From Macrostomum lignano (lineage: Eukaryota): a DNA stretch of 64,000 nt. Below, piece after piece: positions 63,341 through 64,000 of this stretch. The notes under the pieces were generated by a model that did not search any database, was not told the DNA's origin, and saw only the letters and a program-made list of their open reading frames with translations. Made by a program: the position numbers and the translations under genes. Position 1 is the first letter of the stretch. Every line of letters begins with the position of its first letter. The stretch lies in contig NIVC01000955.1 in assembly GCA_002269645.1 (NCBI GenBank), positions 62,001 to 126,000 of the forward strand. Reading direction: 5' to 3'.

Positions 63341-64000
63341 TCAATGCAGAAACTCGGTCTTTAGACGGTTATTCAATCCGTGATGCTTGTACGTGACGTT
63401 GTTGAACTTGCAGATCTCAGTCTCCGGCACAATCATGCTCAGAGCCAATGTCTTAATTGGGGCGTCGCCCCATCTGTGCGTGTAGAATCCGCCCAGAGAG
63501 TCCACGTACTCTAAAAAGTCCCTGTACTGCTGGGATCGCCAGACCTGCAGACTGGAGACCTCGAAGTTGTTGTAGAACACTTCGTCTCGCTTGAGCCGGT
63601 CGAAGAAGGTCGGACGATCGCCCTCATTCGCATGTAGTCTGTGGCCACTTGGAAAGTTTTGTGCGCGCAAGTGTCAAAAATAGTCTGCACGTAGCCATAG
63701 GAGCAGCGAGCATCTCGGAGAGCTGCAAACAGGTCGAACGAGATCGGCTTCTCCAACACTGAATCGTCGTCCAGTCTGAATTGGTAGTCAAAGTGCCTCA
63801 TCATTGGCTCCTCGTAGATCAGTTTTGAATGAAACCTGCACATACTTCTGTACCCGATGCTGTCCCTGCCGCCGCAACCTTTTTTGGCGGCTGACCGAAC
63901 TCGGCTATGTAGGAGCTGGGGACGCTCATGTCCACCTGTTGAAAGAATATTGAGGACAAGTTGAGAAGAGGATTGAAGCCGATGGATCTCACTGCAGCCA
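63341..64000 (-). CDS. GT15 (Kre2/Mnt1/Ktr family) alpha-mannosyltransferase, 3' part; two single-base frameshifts as assembled
   Basis: GYRSMCRF, DYQFRLDDDS, YGY, FYNNFEV, GGFYTHRWGDAPI and YKH are GT15 motifs in the expected order; the 5' end lies beyond the window. Confidence 0.9.

Overview
Eukaryotic (animal) genomic DNA with spliced genes; no prokaryotic features, CRISPR array, rRNA or true tRNA. The repeat style and gene content suggest an invertebrate, plausibly a Macrostomum-like flatworm (inference only). Six host genes are supported: the 3' part of SLC35C2 (+), a p31comet/MAD2L1BP-like HORMA gene (-) with a tandemly duplicated last exon, a GT92 (GALT-1-like) glycosyltransferase (+, 4 exons), a rotund/Lin-29/ZNF384-family C2H2 factor (-, 3 exons, 15.4 kb first intron), a VGLUT-like SLC17 transporter (+, 4-5 exons) and the 3' part of a GT15 (Kre2/Mnt1-type) alpha-mannosyltransferase (-). 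Mobile DNA: a four-level nest of DNA transposons (hAT relic > THAP/P element > hAT-type MITE > Tc1 derivative; the three inner levels have TIRs and TSDs), a near-intact Ty3/gypsy LTR element with a -1 frameshift signal, a LOA/R1-like LINE relic, a CORE-type SINE, a MITE and two very short palindromic insertions (52 and 32 bp) with P-like termini and target duplications. Most introns are filled by their own minisatellite. Five frameshifts in otherwise clean ORFs are single-base losses in homopolymer runs, which suggests long-read consensus errors. All alignments were done by eye from remembered family motifs; no database search was run.
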